From Eledone cirrhosa (lineage: Eukaryota): a stretch of DNA of 64,000 bases. The notes under the pieces are model-generated. The model ran no database searches, had not been told where the DNA came from, and saw nothing but the letters and a program-made list of their open reading frames with translations. Location of the stretch: contig CAXHJY010001618.1 in the NCBI GenBank assembly GCA_964016885.1, forward strand, positions 32,042 through 96,041, read 5' to 3'. Both the position numbers and the translations under genes were made by a program. Each line of letters begins with the position of its first letter. Within the stretch, counting starts at the first letter, position 1. Shown one piece after another: positions 1 to 14,502 of the stretch.

Positions 1-3000
1 CAAAAACACCTGGGTCTTGCCGTACAAGTTGTGCACTCGGACCCGGAGGGTCGTTTGTTGGTGCTAGACGTTGGCAGTAGTGAAAGTGCGGCCTTGAGAC
101 TGGTTGCCGTCTACTCCCCTTTCGGAGCTGAACGGCCCGACTTCTTCCAGCGATTGGAGACTTTTCTGGGAACGTCGCGTTCCTTGCTTCTAGCGGGGGA
201 TTGGAATGACATCCTAGATGCACGTTGGGACTATGCAGGAGCATGTCCTAATAGAGGGGGGTGTAACATCCTCAAGGGGTTACTCGACCGTTTTAACTTG
301 GTCGATAGATATCGACTAGATTTACCAACTGTGCCTACCTGGACTTGGAGAAACCACAGTGGTCAATCTAGATCGTACTTAGATAGAGTCTTAGTTAGAA
401 GTAAGGATAGGGACATATTAAACTGTCCAGAAATGCGCACGGTTGGCTACACGGATCACAAATTAGTGACCTGCGTAGTCAATCTCGAGAAAACACATAA
501 ACAGGGTCCCGGTTACTGGAAACTTAATTTGTCTTTACCGGCAAAAGAGACTTACAGAAACCGGATTAGCAGATTAGTTAAGGAGAGGTTGACGAGTGCA
601 ATCGTCAACAACCGATGGTGGGCATCTCTCAAAAGAGAGATTAGAACAGAATCAATAAGTTATAGCAAGATGTTAGCTGCCGATAGGAATAGAAACGAGA
701 AAGAATTAACAGGTAAATTAGCAGAGGCAATCAAGAGCGAAGATGTGGCCAGAGTGCTGGCATCGAGGACGGCCTTGAACCAGTTTTTCGATGCAAAGCA
801 CGAAGGCTGCGTCATTCGAAGTAAAATACGTGCTCTAGGTAATGAGGGGGCCAAAGCCGTTGGCTGGGCCCGCGTGACAGAAGCTAAGAGTGGAAATCGA
901 TCCACCATCCGGTCGTTGCAAGACGAAGATGGACGGGTGATCCGGGAGCCTAAGCAGATGTGCGAGGTCTTTCAAAGGCACTTTGCCCGATTGTTCGGGG
1001 AGGCGAGGGTCCGGGCGGGGGCGTGGATTTCGGTCCATACCTCGACGGCCTGCCGCGTCTCTCGAGCGAAGAGGCAGAGTCCTGAGAGGGACCAATCTCG
1101 GCTGATGAGATCGGAGATGCGCTGAGCCAATGCAGCAGACGCAAATCTCCAGGTCTCGATGGTATACCTTACGAACTTTATTTAGCAATGCCGGTCTTCT
1201 TCTCCGAACTCCTCGAAGCGGTCTACTGCAATTGGCAGCAGAACGGGAGAATTCCTTGTTCTGTAGCCAAGGGCGTATTCACGCTGGTGAGGAAGGACGA
1301 GAACAGGGGAGATAGTATAAATAATTTTCGGCCCATAACCCTGCTAAACACAGAGTTAAAGATTTTGGCCAAGGTGTTAGCAAAGAGGTTGGCGCTTGTC
1401 GTGGGTGGCCTGGTGGGAGATGCGCAGACATGTGCTATCCCATCCAGGTCCATTCACGATAACCTCCACCTCATGCGATACATCATAGAGAGGGTTGGCA
1501 ACAAACCCGGCTTCGGTGGGGCCCTGATCAACTTGGATCAGTCTAAGGCGTTCGATAGGGTCGACCATGGTTACCTGGATGCGGTGCTAGCGGCGGCTGG
1601 GTTCGGTCCTGTTTTCAGAGGCTGGATCACTGCCTTACATAGCATCCACATCTGTTCTAGGATCAAGGTGAACGGCTACCTTTCGAAGCCGTTCGAAATC
1701 ACACGATCCATTCGACAGGGGTGCCCTCTCTCTTCCCTTCTGTACGTATTGACTCTCGAGCCTTTACTGAGGAAGTTGGAGTTGTTGCAGGGTATCCCCC
1801 TGGAACCAGGATTGAGAAAAGCGGTGTCGGCCTACGCCGATGACGTAACAGTAATGGTATCGACCGACTCGGAGATCGAGGCGATCGGTACCTTACTGGA
1901 GGAGTACGAAAGGTTGTCAGGAGCGAAACTGAACCAGGAAAAATCCATCGGGCTGCAACTCGGAACGTGGAGAGGCAGACCGATGCCTCCTGACGGTGTC
2001 GTCGGACACTGGACGGAGGGCCCGGTAAAGTTGCTTGGGGTCTGGTTTGGACCGGACCTCCAGGTGGAAAAGAACTGGAACGAGGTTACGAACAAGGTGT
2101 TTGCACTAACCCAGAAATGGGCCAAGTGTAAGCTGTCCCTAAAAGGCCGGGCGGAGGTGGCGAACATTTACATAGCGTCCGTCACTTACTACCGCCTGAC
2201 TGTCGTGCCTTGTCCTAAGGAAACACTCACCACCATGGAACGCATGCTCTTCCAATTTCTTTGGAAGAAGCGCCCTCCTATGGTGAGAAGATCCATCTGC
2301 TGCCAATAACCTTCGAAAGGAGGGCTGGGGATGCCGTGGTTGATGATGCGTAGGCACGCATTAAGGCTACGGCACCTACAGGTATTCCTCACTGGTCAAC
2401 AGGTGTGGGCTCCGTTCGTGAAACGAGCCTTTCCGAGACTCGTCTCGCTCACCGAGCTACAGTCCTGGGTCAAGCAAAGATCCAGAAAACTGGGAGACTG
2501 GCACACTGAGTGTGCTCAGGCGCTCAGGGCTCTCTGGCCAGGCCATCGGTGGAGAATCCACCTCATCATTCTATAGAGGGTTGGTGGCTAGCAGGGGCGA
2601 TGACACCCTTGGAGAGTCGCTGGACATGGAAGAAGACGAACTGGCCAGCCTGTTCGGTAGGACTTTCGGCCCAGGACCAATGGACAACTTCCAGAAGTCA
2701 CTGGCCTGGCAGTCCTACCGGGGGGCTCTACCCGTTCGAGAGAGGCTCTACAGACACGGGCGCCCGGGCAGGGATCCCTCAAAAAAGATTTGCCCTAGAT
2801 GCGTGCGTCACGAAGAAACCGTTGCGCACGCATTGGTGCAATGTCCGGGCGTGGCTGATCTGTGGGGCTACGCCGAACGACTGCTGTCGCGTGTGGCGCC
2901 GATTAAATTGACCGCCGAGTCCGTGATGACAATCAAACCGCCTCCCCTCTTCACAAAGGAAGCAAAGGCGGTTTTTCTGTGCGTAATAGCCATGTTGAAA

Positions 3001-3420
3001 GAGGTTGTTTGGTGGACACGATTGAAAGGTCTGAGGTCAGGCAACTTCCTCTCTGGCCATAGTCTGGTCTACTTCTTCCGATATCACTTCGGAAGAAGGA
3101 TAAGAATGGAGAGAGAGGTGCTTGCCACAGGCAGTTTTATGAAAGGTGGGTGATAGTGGCGAGAATGGCTCGTGTAAATGGGCCTTCTCTGTATACCATC
3201 CTGTAGGTAAAGAAGTAAAGGAGAAGGGAGCACCTTCTCCATGTGCTCCCCGGGCAAAGGATTGCACACTTTTTCGGGGGTGTGTGCAACCCCCATCACG
3301 TCCCCTCCCTTTTGAGGTTATTTTCGATTATTTTCATGTTACACCCTTTTTACTCGATTATATGTAAACTCCCCCTTTGTATTTGTCCCTTCTTTTTATG
3401 CCTTTATGGTAAATAAAGAA
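1..3420 (+). mobile_element. Tx1/L1-clade non-LTR retrotransposon ORF2 (APE endonuclease, RT, C-terminal zinc finger) plus 3' UTR; disrupted, and its 5' part runs off the window
   Basis: APE motifs LAGDWN, SYLDRV and TDHKLV; RT motifs FRPITLLN, LDQSKAFDRV, RQGCPLS and AYADDV; C-terminal CPRC..EETVAHALVQC. Frameshifts near 1010-1130, 2520 and 3140, and a stop at 2307. Ends in AATAAAGAA followed by (TA)n/(GA)n. Confidence 0.93.
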
Positions 3421-3451
3421 ATCTATATATTTATATAATATATATATATAT

Positions 3452-3501
<50 letters not shown>

Positions 3502-3994
3502 AAATAGATAGATATAGGTATTCATTTCTACATGAACTTTTTAGACATTTATTATGTTCTTAGTGGATATGTATGCGTGTATATTACGAGTCAATTCATT
3601 TAAGGAATATAAAAACACACACACATATATACACACATGCAATCACACACACGTACACACACATACAGACACACTTACACATACACACACAGAAACACAC
3701 GCATGTCTATGTTACATTTTACAAAGTTATCTACGAATAGATTTCTAGTAAATCAACTTAAAATAAAGCCAGCTTCACCAATAATCTCGCGGTTTCAATT
3801 GTCAAGAATTAGCATTGACTTCATAAAACAGACAATGCTAAAGAATACAATTTCTCCTTTGAAAATATAAAAATACTATTTATCTGTTGTAAACGGAATA
3901 AATACTTACGAAGCAATCGTGGTTGTAAAATTACACGCTTGCGTAGACCAACCAACCAGCCAACCAACCAAACAACCAAGTAAATATTTGTATA

Positions 3995-4510
3995 TCACAG
4001 ACCATGTGACGGGCATCAAATGACGCTAGAAATAGCTCACATATACCCAGCCACCAACTCAATAATTAAGGGTGAGCTAATATCATACAAAAGTTTAATT
4101 TTTACTGATATACGGAAGCATCTCGATCGAATCTTCTGACTAGGAGTTTTACAGAAGACCCCCCCCGCTCCTCCAGAATTAGCAAAACAACCAAAAATAA
4201 TCAGAAATAGTGGTTTGATGCTGGATATTGTACTCCATTCCAGTTCACCAAAACAACTGCTTCTGATTTATATTACTGTGCCATTTGAAAGTAGATTAGA
4301 AGAAGCGCCCGTATTCAAGACCGAAAAACAGCCTAAGGGAAGCCGACTTCCAAGTCAAAGTTCTTTCCATTGAGGTGTGAGATTTGTGGGCACATCTGCT
4401 TACAATCTCACGAAACAACTTTCAGTCTCTGAGAAGACAAAGACCGAAGTCTGAAAAGCAATATCAAAGGCGGCAGAAAGGAGCCCCAGCTATATCAGGT
4501 CGAGGAGGAA
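3995..4510 (+). mobile_element. Degraded C-terminal restriction-like endonuclease fragment of a HERO-like non-LTR element
   Basis: Broken translation DIVLHSSSPKQLLLIYITVPFESRLEEA..FK..LSIEV...KAISKAAERS.SYI.SRR resembles the PDxV..ELTVPWE..EVG..AAERASxW(I/L)W terminus of HERO-type RLE LINEs. Confidence 0.6.
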
Positions 4511-4529
4511 CAAAAACGTTCTCCATACT

Positions 4530-4890
4530 ATGTGAGAGGCACAAAGTTTGTATTTTCATGCACGCCAAGGTAAGGTACTCTGTGTCGGTCGTGGTTTTTA
4601 GTGTTGGCGATACTGATGTTGTCTCGCCGCTGCCATGGCTACCAACACTATATTTCCAATTCAAGAAGGCGTTTAGATATAAGTTTAAAAGCAGAGGCAA
4701 CGGAGAGGAATTCCAGCTAGATCTTGTTACCAAAATTTCCATACGGTTTAAATACACAGCAAGTCCGAATGGCTAAATGTCAGCAGAATGGCACCCAGGT
4801 GTCATGACCTGGATGATAAACGACTGTTTCCACAAGGGTGGAAACACTCGCTTATGGAGGGATTCTTCTCTGAAAATCTTCTGCTGGCCA
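4530..4890 (+). mobile_element. Possible degraded Academ-like XPG/PIN nuclease fragment
   Basis: IFMHAK...VVVFSVGDTDVV...PGVMTWMINDCFHKGGNTRLW loosely matches the (EEADTR)IxLHA..VVxSxDTDV..LPGFHAxTGCDxxSxFxGKGKxxW pattern. Confidence 0.3.
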
Positions 4891-5055
4891 GCTCTTCTGA
4901 GAGTTTCTTACCGTTCTATTCAGAAAAGAATATACACACGGAAAACATTTATACAATTAGCTCCGGTTATATGTGTAAAGAAACCTAGATATCTACATAT
5001 CTCTATTTATCCAACTCTCTATCCATCTACACACACACGCGCGCGCACGCAAACG

Positions 5056-5121
<66 letters not shown>

Positions 5122-5302
5122 CAAGAAAGTTGGAAATCTGTTGGAAATCTGCTTCGAAGAATCGAGGCGTATCTGAGGACCTTGCGATTTCAGGGTCAGA
5201 TTCGATTATTACATCGACCGTGCTTCGAGCTGGCCGCAGAGAAACGATTGTAATATGTCTAATAAATTGTATTCGTCGCACCACTGATTCTCCGTGTCTT
5301 AT

Positions 5303-5305
<3 letters not shown>
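5122..5305 (+). mobile_element. Short PLE terminal fragment between (TA)n tracts, containing a hammerhead
   Basis: Unique 180-bp insert flanked by (TA)n on both sides; it carries the HHR at 5165-5260. Confidence 0.6.
5165..5260 (+). ncRNA. Type I hammerhead ribozyme with branched stem II insertion
   Basis: Stem I AGGCGUAU/AUAUGUCU; core CUGAGGA...GAAA; stem III AC-GAUU-GU; GUA triplet. Hairpins CCUUG/CAGGG and UCGAU/AUCGA lie between the core boxes. Confidence 0.6.
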
Positions 5306-5365
<60 letters not shown>

Positions 5366-5372
5366 ATAATAA

Positions 5373-7290
5373 TATACCCGTATAGAAAGCCGAATGATAC
5401 GCTTAATTACATAAGTAAGCATTCCAACCATCCTGCCAGCATAACCAAGAACCTGGTAAGAAACGTTTCGTTGAGGCTTTCCCGTCTTTCCACCAACGAG
5501 CGTATTTTCCACGACCATTCCATTTATTACAATGAAGCTCTTGCTCGGAGTGGATTTGTCGATAAGGTAACATATACAGAGTACGAAAATAGACCTAGAA
5601 GAAATAGATCCCGTCGCATTTGTTGGTATAACCCACCATATAATATGGAGGTGGCCACACCATTAGCTAAGATCTTTCTTTCCCTTATTACGAAGCATTT
5701 CCCCCCTACACATAAATATAGTAAAATTTTTAATAGAAATACTATTAAAATTTCTTACTCTACGACTCCTAACCTTGCACATAACATCACAGCTTCACAT
5801 TTAGCCAAACTACCTAGCCGTAGGAACACGTGCAACCCTGTAGTTAGTAGTAACTGTAATTGTAGGAATCGGGTTGATTGCCCCCTATCCGGGAAATGCC
5901 TCTCTAGTAACATTGTCTACAAATGTAAGGTTGTAACACGCACGTCCCGTAGGCCTACATAGGGTTAACTGCCAATAGATTCAAGCAGCGTCTTTACATG
6001 CATACCCATTCTTTTCGTTACCCTCTAAGAAGGAATATGACGTCACTTTCAGCTTATATCTGGAGTCTAAAAGACAACCACACCCAATATAAGTTACACT
6101 GGGAGATCCTAGCTAGGGCTAGATGGTATAACGGAAATAAAAGACCATGTGACCTCTGCGCCGCTGAGGCCCTGGAAATACTCTACGCCACAGACCACAT
6201 CTTAAACAAAATATCTGAGGCAATTTCAGCTTGTAAACATAAATTGCACAAAACTTTCCTGTATTACAGCCCCACGTTATACCCTAACGGATAGTACGAT
6301 CTATACTCGGACATTTTACGTCTCGATGTGGGAGCTAAGTATATGTTTTGTTTATACCTTTACTTATTTGCATAGGTAAGTATATATTATCCGTATGTTT
6401 TGTGAAGGTACGTATAACTTCTAGTACGTATATTTGATTGTTATGGCGTATATTTTTTTTATATATTCTGGTACATATGGTTCGGCTATGTGTATACGGG
6501 AGTTTTGCGTCTGTGTGAGTATGTAGGTTCGTACGTATGTAGGGCGTGTGTATATGTGTACTTCATGTTTTGGTTGACTTACGTCTCCGAACATTCGTGT
6601 ATTTACATGTAGGTATGTGTGTGCGCTTGTTATATACGTATTTATTTATTTATATACGTTTATATAATTATTTATTTATTTGTATACACGCTTACACACA
6701 CACACATATTTACATGTGCGTGGTTTTGTTTACCTATGGTAAGTTTTTGCGTATGCTTGTGTATGTACGTATTTGTTTGCGTGTATGTATTTATTTATTT
6801 CTATTACTTCTGTATTGTATTTATTTACTTTGTTCTTAATTCTGTAGCAGAGATTCATTCGGTCTCCTAGTTAGAATTTAGTCTACGACTATGCTATACC
6901 ATTTGCGTGGTTTTGTCTTTGCGTGCTATTGTTCTCCACGGTCCACATATGACGTATTATCTTCGTTTTTTTCGTTCATTGCCGGAGAACGTCTCTATGA
7001 ACCACCTAAGAGAACATTAGTCTACGACCACTTTTATACCATAAACGTGGTTCTGTCTTTGCGCGTAATAGTTTTTCACCGCTCCTATTAATGACGTGTT
7101 ATTCGTTTTTTTCCCGTTCTTTGCCAGCGAACGTTTTCACGAACCAAAGTATCGTCTTCCTGTCTTCCTCCGGTTGCAACGTTTTTTGAAATATCCACTT
7201 CTGCGTTTACAGATTGACTTTGTTAGTTTCAGAAGATCCCGTTAAGGGTGAAAGCAGCGATTCTTTGCTTAAACTTAATCTTTTATTTTA
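5373..7290 (+). mobile_element. 5'-truncated Naiad-type Penelope-like element (RT thumb, linker, GIY-YIG, 3' UTR/pLTR) inserted in (TA)n
   Basis: YPYRKPND..HSNHP, WYNPPY, CNCRNRVDCPLSGKC, VYKC..YIG..FKQR..H and CDLC..E..LNK..E..CKH motifs; frameshift near 5955; (TA)n on both sides; near-identical to 62690-64000. Confidence 0.9.
7225..7275 (+). ncRNA. Type I hammerhead ribozyme, U4->A core variant
   Basis: AGUUU CAGAAGA UCCC-GUUAA-GGGU GAA AGCAG-CGAUUCU-UUGCU U AAACU; stems I, II and III can all form. Confidence 0.65.
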
Positions 7291-7372
<82 letters not shown>

Positions 7373-7389
7373 TGAGAGAGAGATGTAAA

Positions 7390-7625
7390 ATTTAAACGGG
7401 AAAGTACGATCTCGGAAATATGAATGGCAATGGACTGCACCTTCTCCAGCTCTGCACTGAATTTGAACTGAACATTTACATCTCGTTTTTCCACCAGAGA
7501 GACGCTCATAAGTTTACTTGGATTCACCTAAATTCCAAATATGGGCAGATTCTAGATTATGCCATCTGCCTTAAATGAGATCTTCAGGATATCTACAACA
7601 ACAGTTCGGAAGTTCTTGACATTTG
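7390..7625 (+). mobile_element. RTE-type APE endonuclease fragment
   Basis: NGNGLHLLQLCTEFELNI...HKFTWIH..SKYGQILDYAIC matches the C-terminal half of an RTE/BovB-type endonuclease. Confidence 0.65.
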
Positions 7626-7776
7626 ACATCAGTTCAACACTTTGTGTATTAATCATCCCAAAAAGAAGAGAGAGAAAATAAGGATTTCTGTATTAACCTA
7701 TATTACTAAAGAGACAATTTCCTGACACCTGCATATATGTGTAAATAAATACATAAATATGTGATTATATACATAC

Positions 7777-7810
<34 letters not shown>

Positions 7811-7873
7811 GATTGCTTTTGTAACTGTTTGTCATTTATTCTTGAACTGTATATATATGTATGTATATCTATG

Positions 7874-7913
<40 letters not shown>

Positions 7914-8561
7914 CAAATTTTAGTACAGCATTAACGAAGCTTTAGTTTGCGGCCAAGCTAACGAATGCAAATTCGGTATGTAGCTTTAGCACTCGAATGG
8001 GAATAGTACTCCAGAGTAATAACAATACGTTTAGACAGCTTAGCAAATCAAATATAGCGATCGGCAGTCCAGCCGCATTACCACAGCAACGAAAATACAG
8101 GACTCAGGAAAAGATTTTAGACTGACCTGGACAGAACGCTGGGACCGAATGGAATATACAATGCATATCGTATAGCACACGATATACATCACATACAGCA
8201 CACAACATCAGCGCTAGGTTTCTGCAAATCCAAGATCGACAAATTCTGCTTGCAGGGGTCTGCAAGTTAATGGTTTTTGACGACAGAACAAAGGATTTAT
8301 TTCTTCAGCAAGTCTTGTGTTCTTTAGCCTCCGCGGGGTGTTCTAGCAGTGAATTTGGCTATAGACACGTGGTTTTTTTCCAAGGGAGGTAACCCCCGCT
8401 TTGGCAGTGAATTCAAATTTGAGACAAAGGAATGAAATTCCCTTAGACAAACCGAATTAAGCACTCAACCAAAAGTTATCAAACAAACAATTAATCAATC
8501 AATAGAATCATCTAATTAAATTAATCAGTTAATCGTTAATTCTATATGTATGGGTGGATGT

Positions 8562-8661
<100 letters not shown>

Positions 8662-9168
8662 GTATAAAGGATGATGTAATCGAGCAACATCTTTTTCCGT
8701 CTTTTAAGGGTCTTTACCTTGTTTTATAAGCTACCTTTCTAGCATTTCTTCGCTTGACCGCATCATCATTTATATATATATATATATTGAGGGACGGGCG
8801 GGATGGAATGGGAAAAATGTCTTCAGATAAAAATAACAGGTTCATATATATATATATATATATATATAAAGAGAGAGAGAGAGAGTGTGTGTGTGTGTGT
8901 GTATGTGTGTGTGTGTGTGTGTGTATGTGCCTGCGAGGCTGAGACGGAGTACTCGATGCATAGGGAGATGCAGTATGGGTAGAGAGATATTTAAAATCCC
9001 GACGAGATTTCACATATGTGTGTATATATATATATATACATATACGTATATACATGTACATGTATAGATGTATATACACAATTTCTCGAAACAAACTTAT
9101 CGTTTATCTAGTTAGATTGTGTACCCTGCATCCTGACCTACGTATATACATATATATATATATATATA

Positions 9169-9367
<199 letters not shown>

Positions 9368-9373
9368 ATATAC

Positions 9374-9424
<51 letters not shown>

Positions 9425-9968
9425 CCATGATATTAAATGCACAGTCAAAACCAGTGATAATATATTTAATTATGTAGGTTCAACTCCTACAGCTTTAAAG
9501 CTCGTTTTAATAATCACGAATGCTCGTTTAATAATATTGGTAAAAAATCTTCAACTTCTCTATCAGACCTGATATGGAACTTAAAATCTAAAAATACGGA
9601 CTATTCTTTAACTTGGGAAATAATTACTTAGCACCTGCCTACTAAAAAACACAGCTTTATCTAGATTTTGCAAATTGTGTGTTGAGGAAATTTTCTTCAT
9701 ACTTAAATGTAAGAACTCTATTAATATACGTACGAATTTATTTGGTTCTTGTAAATATCGCCTAAATTCAACATTTATAATTATATATAAATTATAATTA
9801 CACTTATAATATTTCTACTTATTTCCATATATTGTTTGCTATATTTTCACTTTTAATAATTTCACTTATTAAAATTTCTTAAATTTTATACATATAAGAT
9901 CCTAAAGTTTTTAAATTTTAATTTTTAATTTTAACTTTAATTTTAATATTTTTTAAGGCTTTTTAATT

Positions 9969-9999
<31 letters not shown>

Positions 10000-11379
10000 T
10001 ACTTCTTAAATCTTTTTTTTTTCATTATTTACTATTTTCTACTTCTAAAATATTTTTACTTCCAAAATATTTCATATATTTAAAAATTACTTATTTTTAA
10101 AAAATTACTTATTTTTAAAAAAATTACTTATTTAAAAAAAAAATCTACTTATCTCGTATAAAATATTTTTTACTAACTTTCAAGGTTTTTAAAAAATAAA
10201 AAAAAAAATTTTTTTTTAAATCTTTTTTAAAGGTTTTAAGTTTTTTTTAAATATTTTTTTAATATTTTTAAAAATATTTTTAAATATTTAAAAAATATTT
10301 TAAAAGTATTTTTTTAAAATATTTTAAAAGTGTTTTTTAAATGTTTTTAAAGTATTTTAAAAGTATTTTCCGATAATTTTCCAGAATTTTTTATATTTTA
10401 AAATATTTTTTAATATCTTTTATCAGATTTATAACCAATAACTAATTCAGGCTAAATATATCTTTCAACATTTATATCTTTGACAAAATGGTCTCATACT
10501 AACTAATAAACAAACAAAACTGGTGTTTTTTCCGTATCTTCCCAATTTAAAACATTTAAAATATATAAATATTCTTAACTCAGTTAACTTAATTACTTAC
10601 AATAAACATAAACCAATATCCCTCATAACTCATTAAAACAATTATATATAATAAGATATATCTATCTATCCATCTATCTATCCATTCATATATCTATTTT
10701 TCTATCTATCTATTTTTCTATCTATTGATTCTTCTATATATCTATCTTTCTATCTATTTTTCAACTTATTTTTCAACATATTTTTATATATATTTATTTT
10801 TTATATATCTATTATTTTCTATCTACTTATAATAGTAAGTATTATATTATATTATATTAGAAATGAATTCTAACAACTTAATAATAGTAAATATACGTAC
10901 CATTAGTAGATATAAACTTAAATCTTATTTACGTTACATGAGTTCTATTCATCGTCTTGTAAATTTCATCTCTCTTTCTATCTCATAATATTAATATTTT
11001 TTTCTCTCTCTCTTTCTTCCTTATCTCTCCCCAGCGTCATTTAAATAAACGGTTGTTTTTTTAAGTATTCACACATTCATTTGCATATTCATTTGCATAT
11101 GTTTCCACTATCCAGCGAATTTCTGACTGATAAGGTTGAATCTTCATGGGTACGTCTTTATTTATAAAACAAACTTTGTATTTTATCTGATGAAAGCGCA
11201 CCAAGGTTGGCTTGGTTGCCCTTTAAATATATATAGTAAAATAAATATGGTTTTATGAATATAGTTTCCATTTATTTAATATCATGGAATATTTACTCCA
11301 GTAAACTGTTGAGTACTCTAAATCAGTTATAAACATTTATGTTTGTCGGAATTCCAACAAATTAAATACAACTTTTACA
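9425..11379 (+). mobile_element. 5'-truncated Naiad-type PLE: degraded GIY-YIG, very AT-rich 3' UTR and pLTR
   Basis: [39 protein letters not shown] motifs; HHR at 11180-11242; ends in (TA)n. Same tip family as 18639-18796 and 47820-47887. Confidence 0.75.
11180..11242 (+). ncRNA. Hammerhead motif with G12 mutated (UAAA), probably inactive in this copy
   Basis: AUUUUAU CUGAUGA [stem with CCAAG/CUUGG] UAAA UAUAUA UA GUAAAAU. The related fragment at about 47825 retains GAAATATATATA. Confidence 0.6.
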
Positions 11380-11399
11380 TATATATATATATGTATGTT

Positions 11400-11485
<86 letters not shown>

Positions 11486-11914
11486 ATGTGTGCATGTGTG
11501 CATGTGTGTGTGCGTGTGTGCGTGAGTGTGTGCGTGTGTTAAACGTTCGTTTCAGTCATTTCACACCTGCACATACATAGTCACACATTAACACTTAAAA
11601 ATACATCTTTTTACCTAACCATTTATATACATACAATCACATATACACATGCACAAAGGCATGGACATACACAGAGGCAAATACACACACATTTGAACAT
11701 ACACACTCACGCACACACGGATATTCATACATACACTCACAGAGAAAGAGGAAGATTTCTTTCGTTTGAGGCGAAAAACATTCATTAAATTTGACAGAAG
11801 CGTCCCCTCTTAGATTTGTCCATCGTTTCCATTGCTGGAAGGACTTTCTCTACAGTGGACATTACAATGAAATATATAAGATATAAGTATACATATACAG
11901 TACGTGCGTATTAA

Positions 11915-12002
11915 TAAAATAACAAATAACAATTGAAATCCCCAATAGGCGGGAGGCGTTACACAGGGGTTGTACACACCCCGAAAAAATGTACAACCCT
12001 CA
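11915..12002 (-). mobile_element. Tx1-like 3' UTR fragment
   Basis: Reverse complement GGGTTGTACATTTTTTCGGGGTGTGTACAACCCC matches about 3258-3295. Confidence 0.55.
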
Positions 12003-12478
12003 GATAGATAGATAGATAGATAGATATGTTAAGCAACGTTTTGAACAGTATCAAAATGTGAGAGAAACCCTAGGAATTGTTGTAGACGGTTAGATAGAAA
12101 GTGTAGTTTATAACAAGAATCTTTTTGCAGCGTAAATCTATTCTGTATCTATAATGAAAAAAACCCCAAGATGGAACAGAAATCAAGAGTGTTTTGATAC
12201 AGACTACACAGTACAAATACACTGCTTAACCATTAACATTTCCAATTGTTTTTCACACCTGACTTCCTTTCGGCCAAATTAACCCGTTCTTCTTTTCTTG
12301 ATTTTTTCGTGCTGCTTTATTGTTGTTGTTTGTTTTTGGTGTTTTATTCATTTATTTTCGTTTGTTTTTTTTGGCCGACATGGTGTTGTATTATTCTTAA
12401 CTGAGTTGTCTCTGCTCACCTCTCATTGACAGGACCAATCTAACGAACGAACAACATACCGAATAAAGTTAGTGTGAA

Positions 12479-12549
<71 letters not shown>

Positions 12550-12559
12550 CTATATATAT

Positions 12560-12615
<56 letters not shown>

Positions 12616-12652
12616 TATATATATATACCGAGTGTGTGTGTGTGTATGTGTA

Positions 12653-12711
<59 letters not shown>

Positions 12712-13519
12712 CCTAAAGAAAAACAGTTTCTTTGTTCATTTTTTTCTTTTGTGGGTTTTTGTGACGAAATCTTTTTAGAGGAAGAATATAATAAGCCGGA
12801 CAATTGACATTTGTCAGTAACAAGATTAAAGCATTCGATTCCGTGATTTTAGTTCCCTCACTGTACAATAAACTTTACTCCCCTCCTTCGAGTGTAAATT
12901 ATCAAACTTGATTGAATTGGCAGGATCGCTAAAGCGTCAGATTAAATAATACTTTTCGGGGGCTCTTTCAGCTCACAACACAATGGGTTCAAAACCCACC
13001 AAAATCCACTTTATTTTATATTCAATGATAAAGCCCCAGTCCAGTGTGGTGAATTGAAGGAATATGTTCCTGATCTATACATTTTGAGTTCAAATTCTAC
13101 ATCCTGTACACCGGTAATTAATTGTGTAAATAAGGACTGGGTATCCTAAATCACAGGAAAGATTTTTTAAGATATACTTTCAGAAGTAGGAGGACTAAAC
13201 CTACGCAGATGTGAACCGTAAGAACAACATCAGCATATATAACGCTACTGACCTATTTGCTCCTTTGTTGTTGATATTTAGTTTGAACACAGCCCTGAGT
13301 TTGCCTATCTTAGATCGCAGGCGTTTTAGTCACTTTTTGTATTTCTCGTATGTTGAGCATTTATGACTGTCTTATCAAATATGGGGATAGCGTGCAATTC
13401 AAGAAATAGTTCGCTCCTATTTCTAACAATTTATCAACAACATAGAGGCTCTCTCGTTGACTTGATTGCTTCATGATTGAATACGTTTGCTAGATAACAT
13501 TCGCTAGATAACATTTCCT

Positions 13520-14170
13520 TTCTATTACCGTTGTTGTTGCATAAATAATCTCATTCAATTCTAACATATAAGTCTACATCTCTTCAATTATTGCTTTAAC
13601 AGCCTGATTTACAGTTGTTATGTACCTTTTGTTCTGATTGTTGCTTGTCAATTTTTGAAGGGCTCTTTTGCCCATACTAATGATTTTTTTTTTCTTTTCC
13701 CAAATTCATTGATAATTTCTTGTTTTCTTTGTTCTATCTGGTCTTTATGTTCATGAGTAGATGTACCCTCTTCCATATTGTCAATCTGGTTTTCAGCTTG
13801 ACCCTACTCTGTTGTGTTTCTGGTACTTTCAATGTTCTGTGAAATCTATCCTGGTGATAACGTAGGCAATACGTTTTGTGGTGTCTATTCTGTCACATAT
13901 TTATCCATTTTTAAAGTTGGTATTCTCAAATCTTTTTTAACATTCTTCTTAATTTCATTTAACTTTGCATCTGTTAGTTTCTTTTTTTTTAAGAATGTCT
14001 TTTCTTACATTTTCAAGTTTGTTTTCATCCAGATTTCGTCACCCTTCTGGATTTCCTTCCATCCATACACTAAAAGAATTTACTGTGTGTTTTGATTCCG
14101 TTTGGTTTGCCCAATGAATGATAGTTCAGCAGCATCCCAGACATAGTAAGAGGCTTCAGCCCCCTCTCTG
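13520..14170 (-). mobile_element. Degraded N-terminal region of an R4/Dong-like LINE
   Basis: Minus-strand VNQAVKAII...ELNEIIYAT resembles the pre-RT region of R4-clade elements. Confidence 0.35.
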
Positions 14171-14502
14171 ACTCTAGGCTACTATATTATTTCGTAGGTG
14201 ATAGGGAGGGACTACTACTATCATCCATGGTATTTCATTGGTCTACCAGAGACGCGTAGTGGCAGCACTAAGGTGTTTGAGAGGTGTCCAGGTTTGTCCA
14301 AGAGAAGTGCTGCTTAAGGAAGTGTTGTTATAGGTGAAGTAAAAACAAAATAAGAGGCACAGATAGTAGAAAAACAGAGAGAATGTGAGAGAGAGCCCAA
14401 CAGTCCAGAAAGAGAAGGTAGTGGGAGTGAGAGAGGAAAGAGAGGCAAGACCACCATTGCATGGTGGTAGAACAAATGAAACAAAATAATAATTATTATT
14501 TC

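Noticed and set aside
9850-10420. Extremely AT-rich tract suggesting organellar DNA
   Set aside because: It is continuous with the PLE 3' UTR and has no mitochondrial gene motifs.
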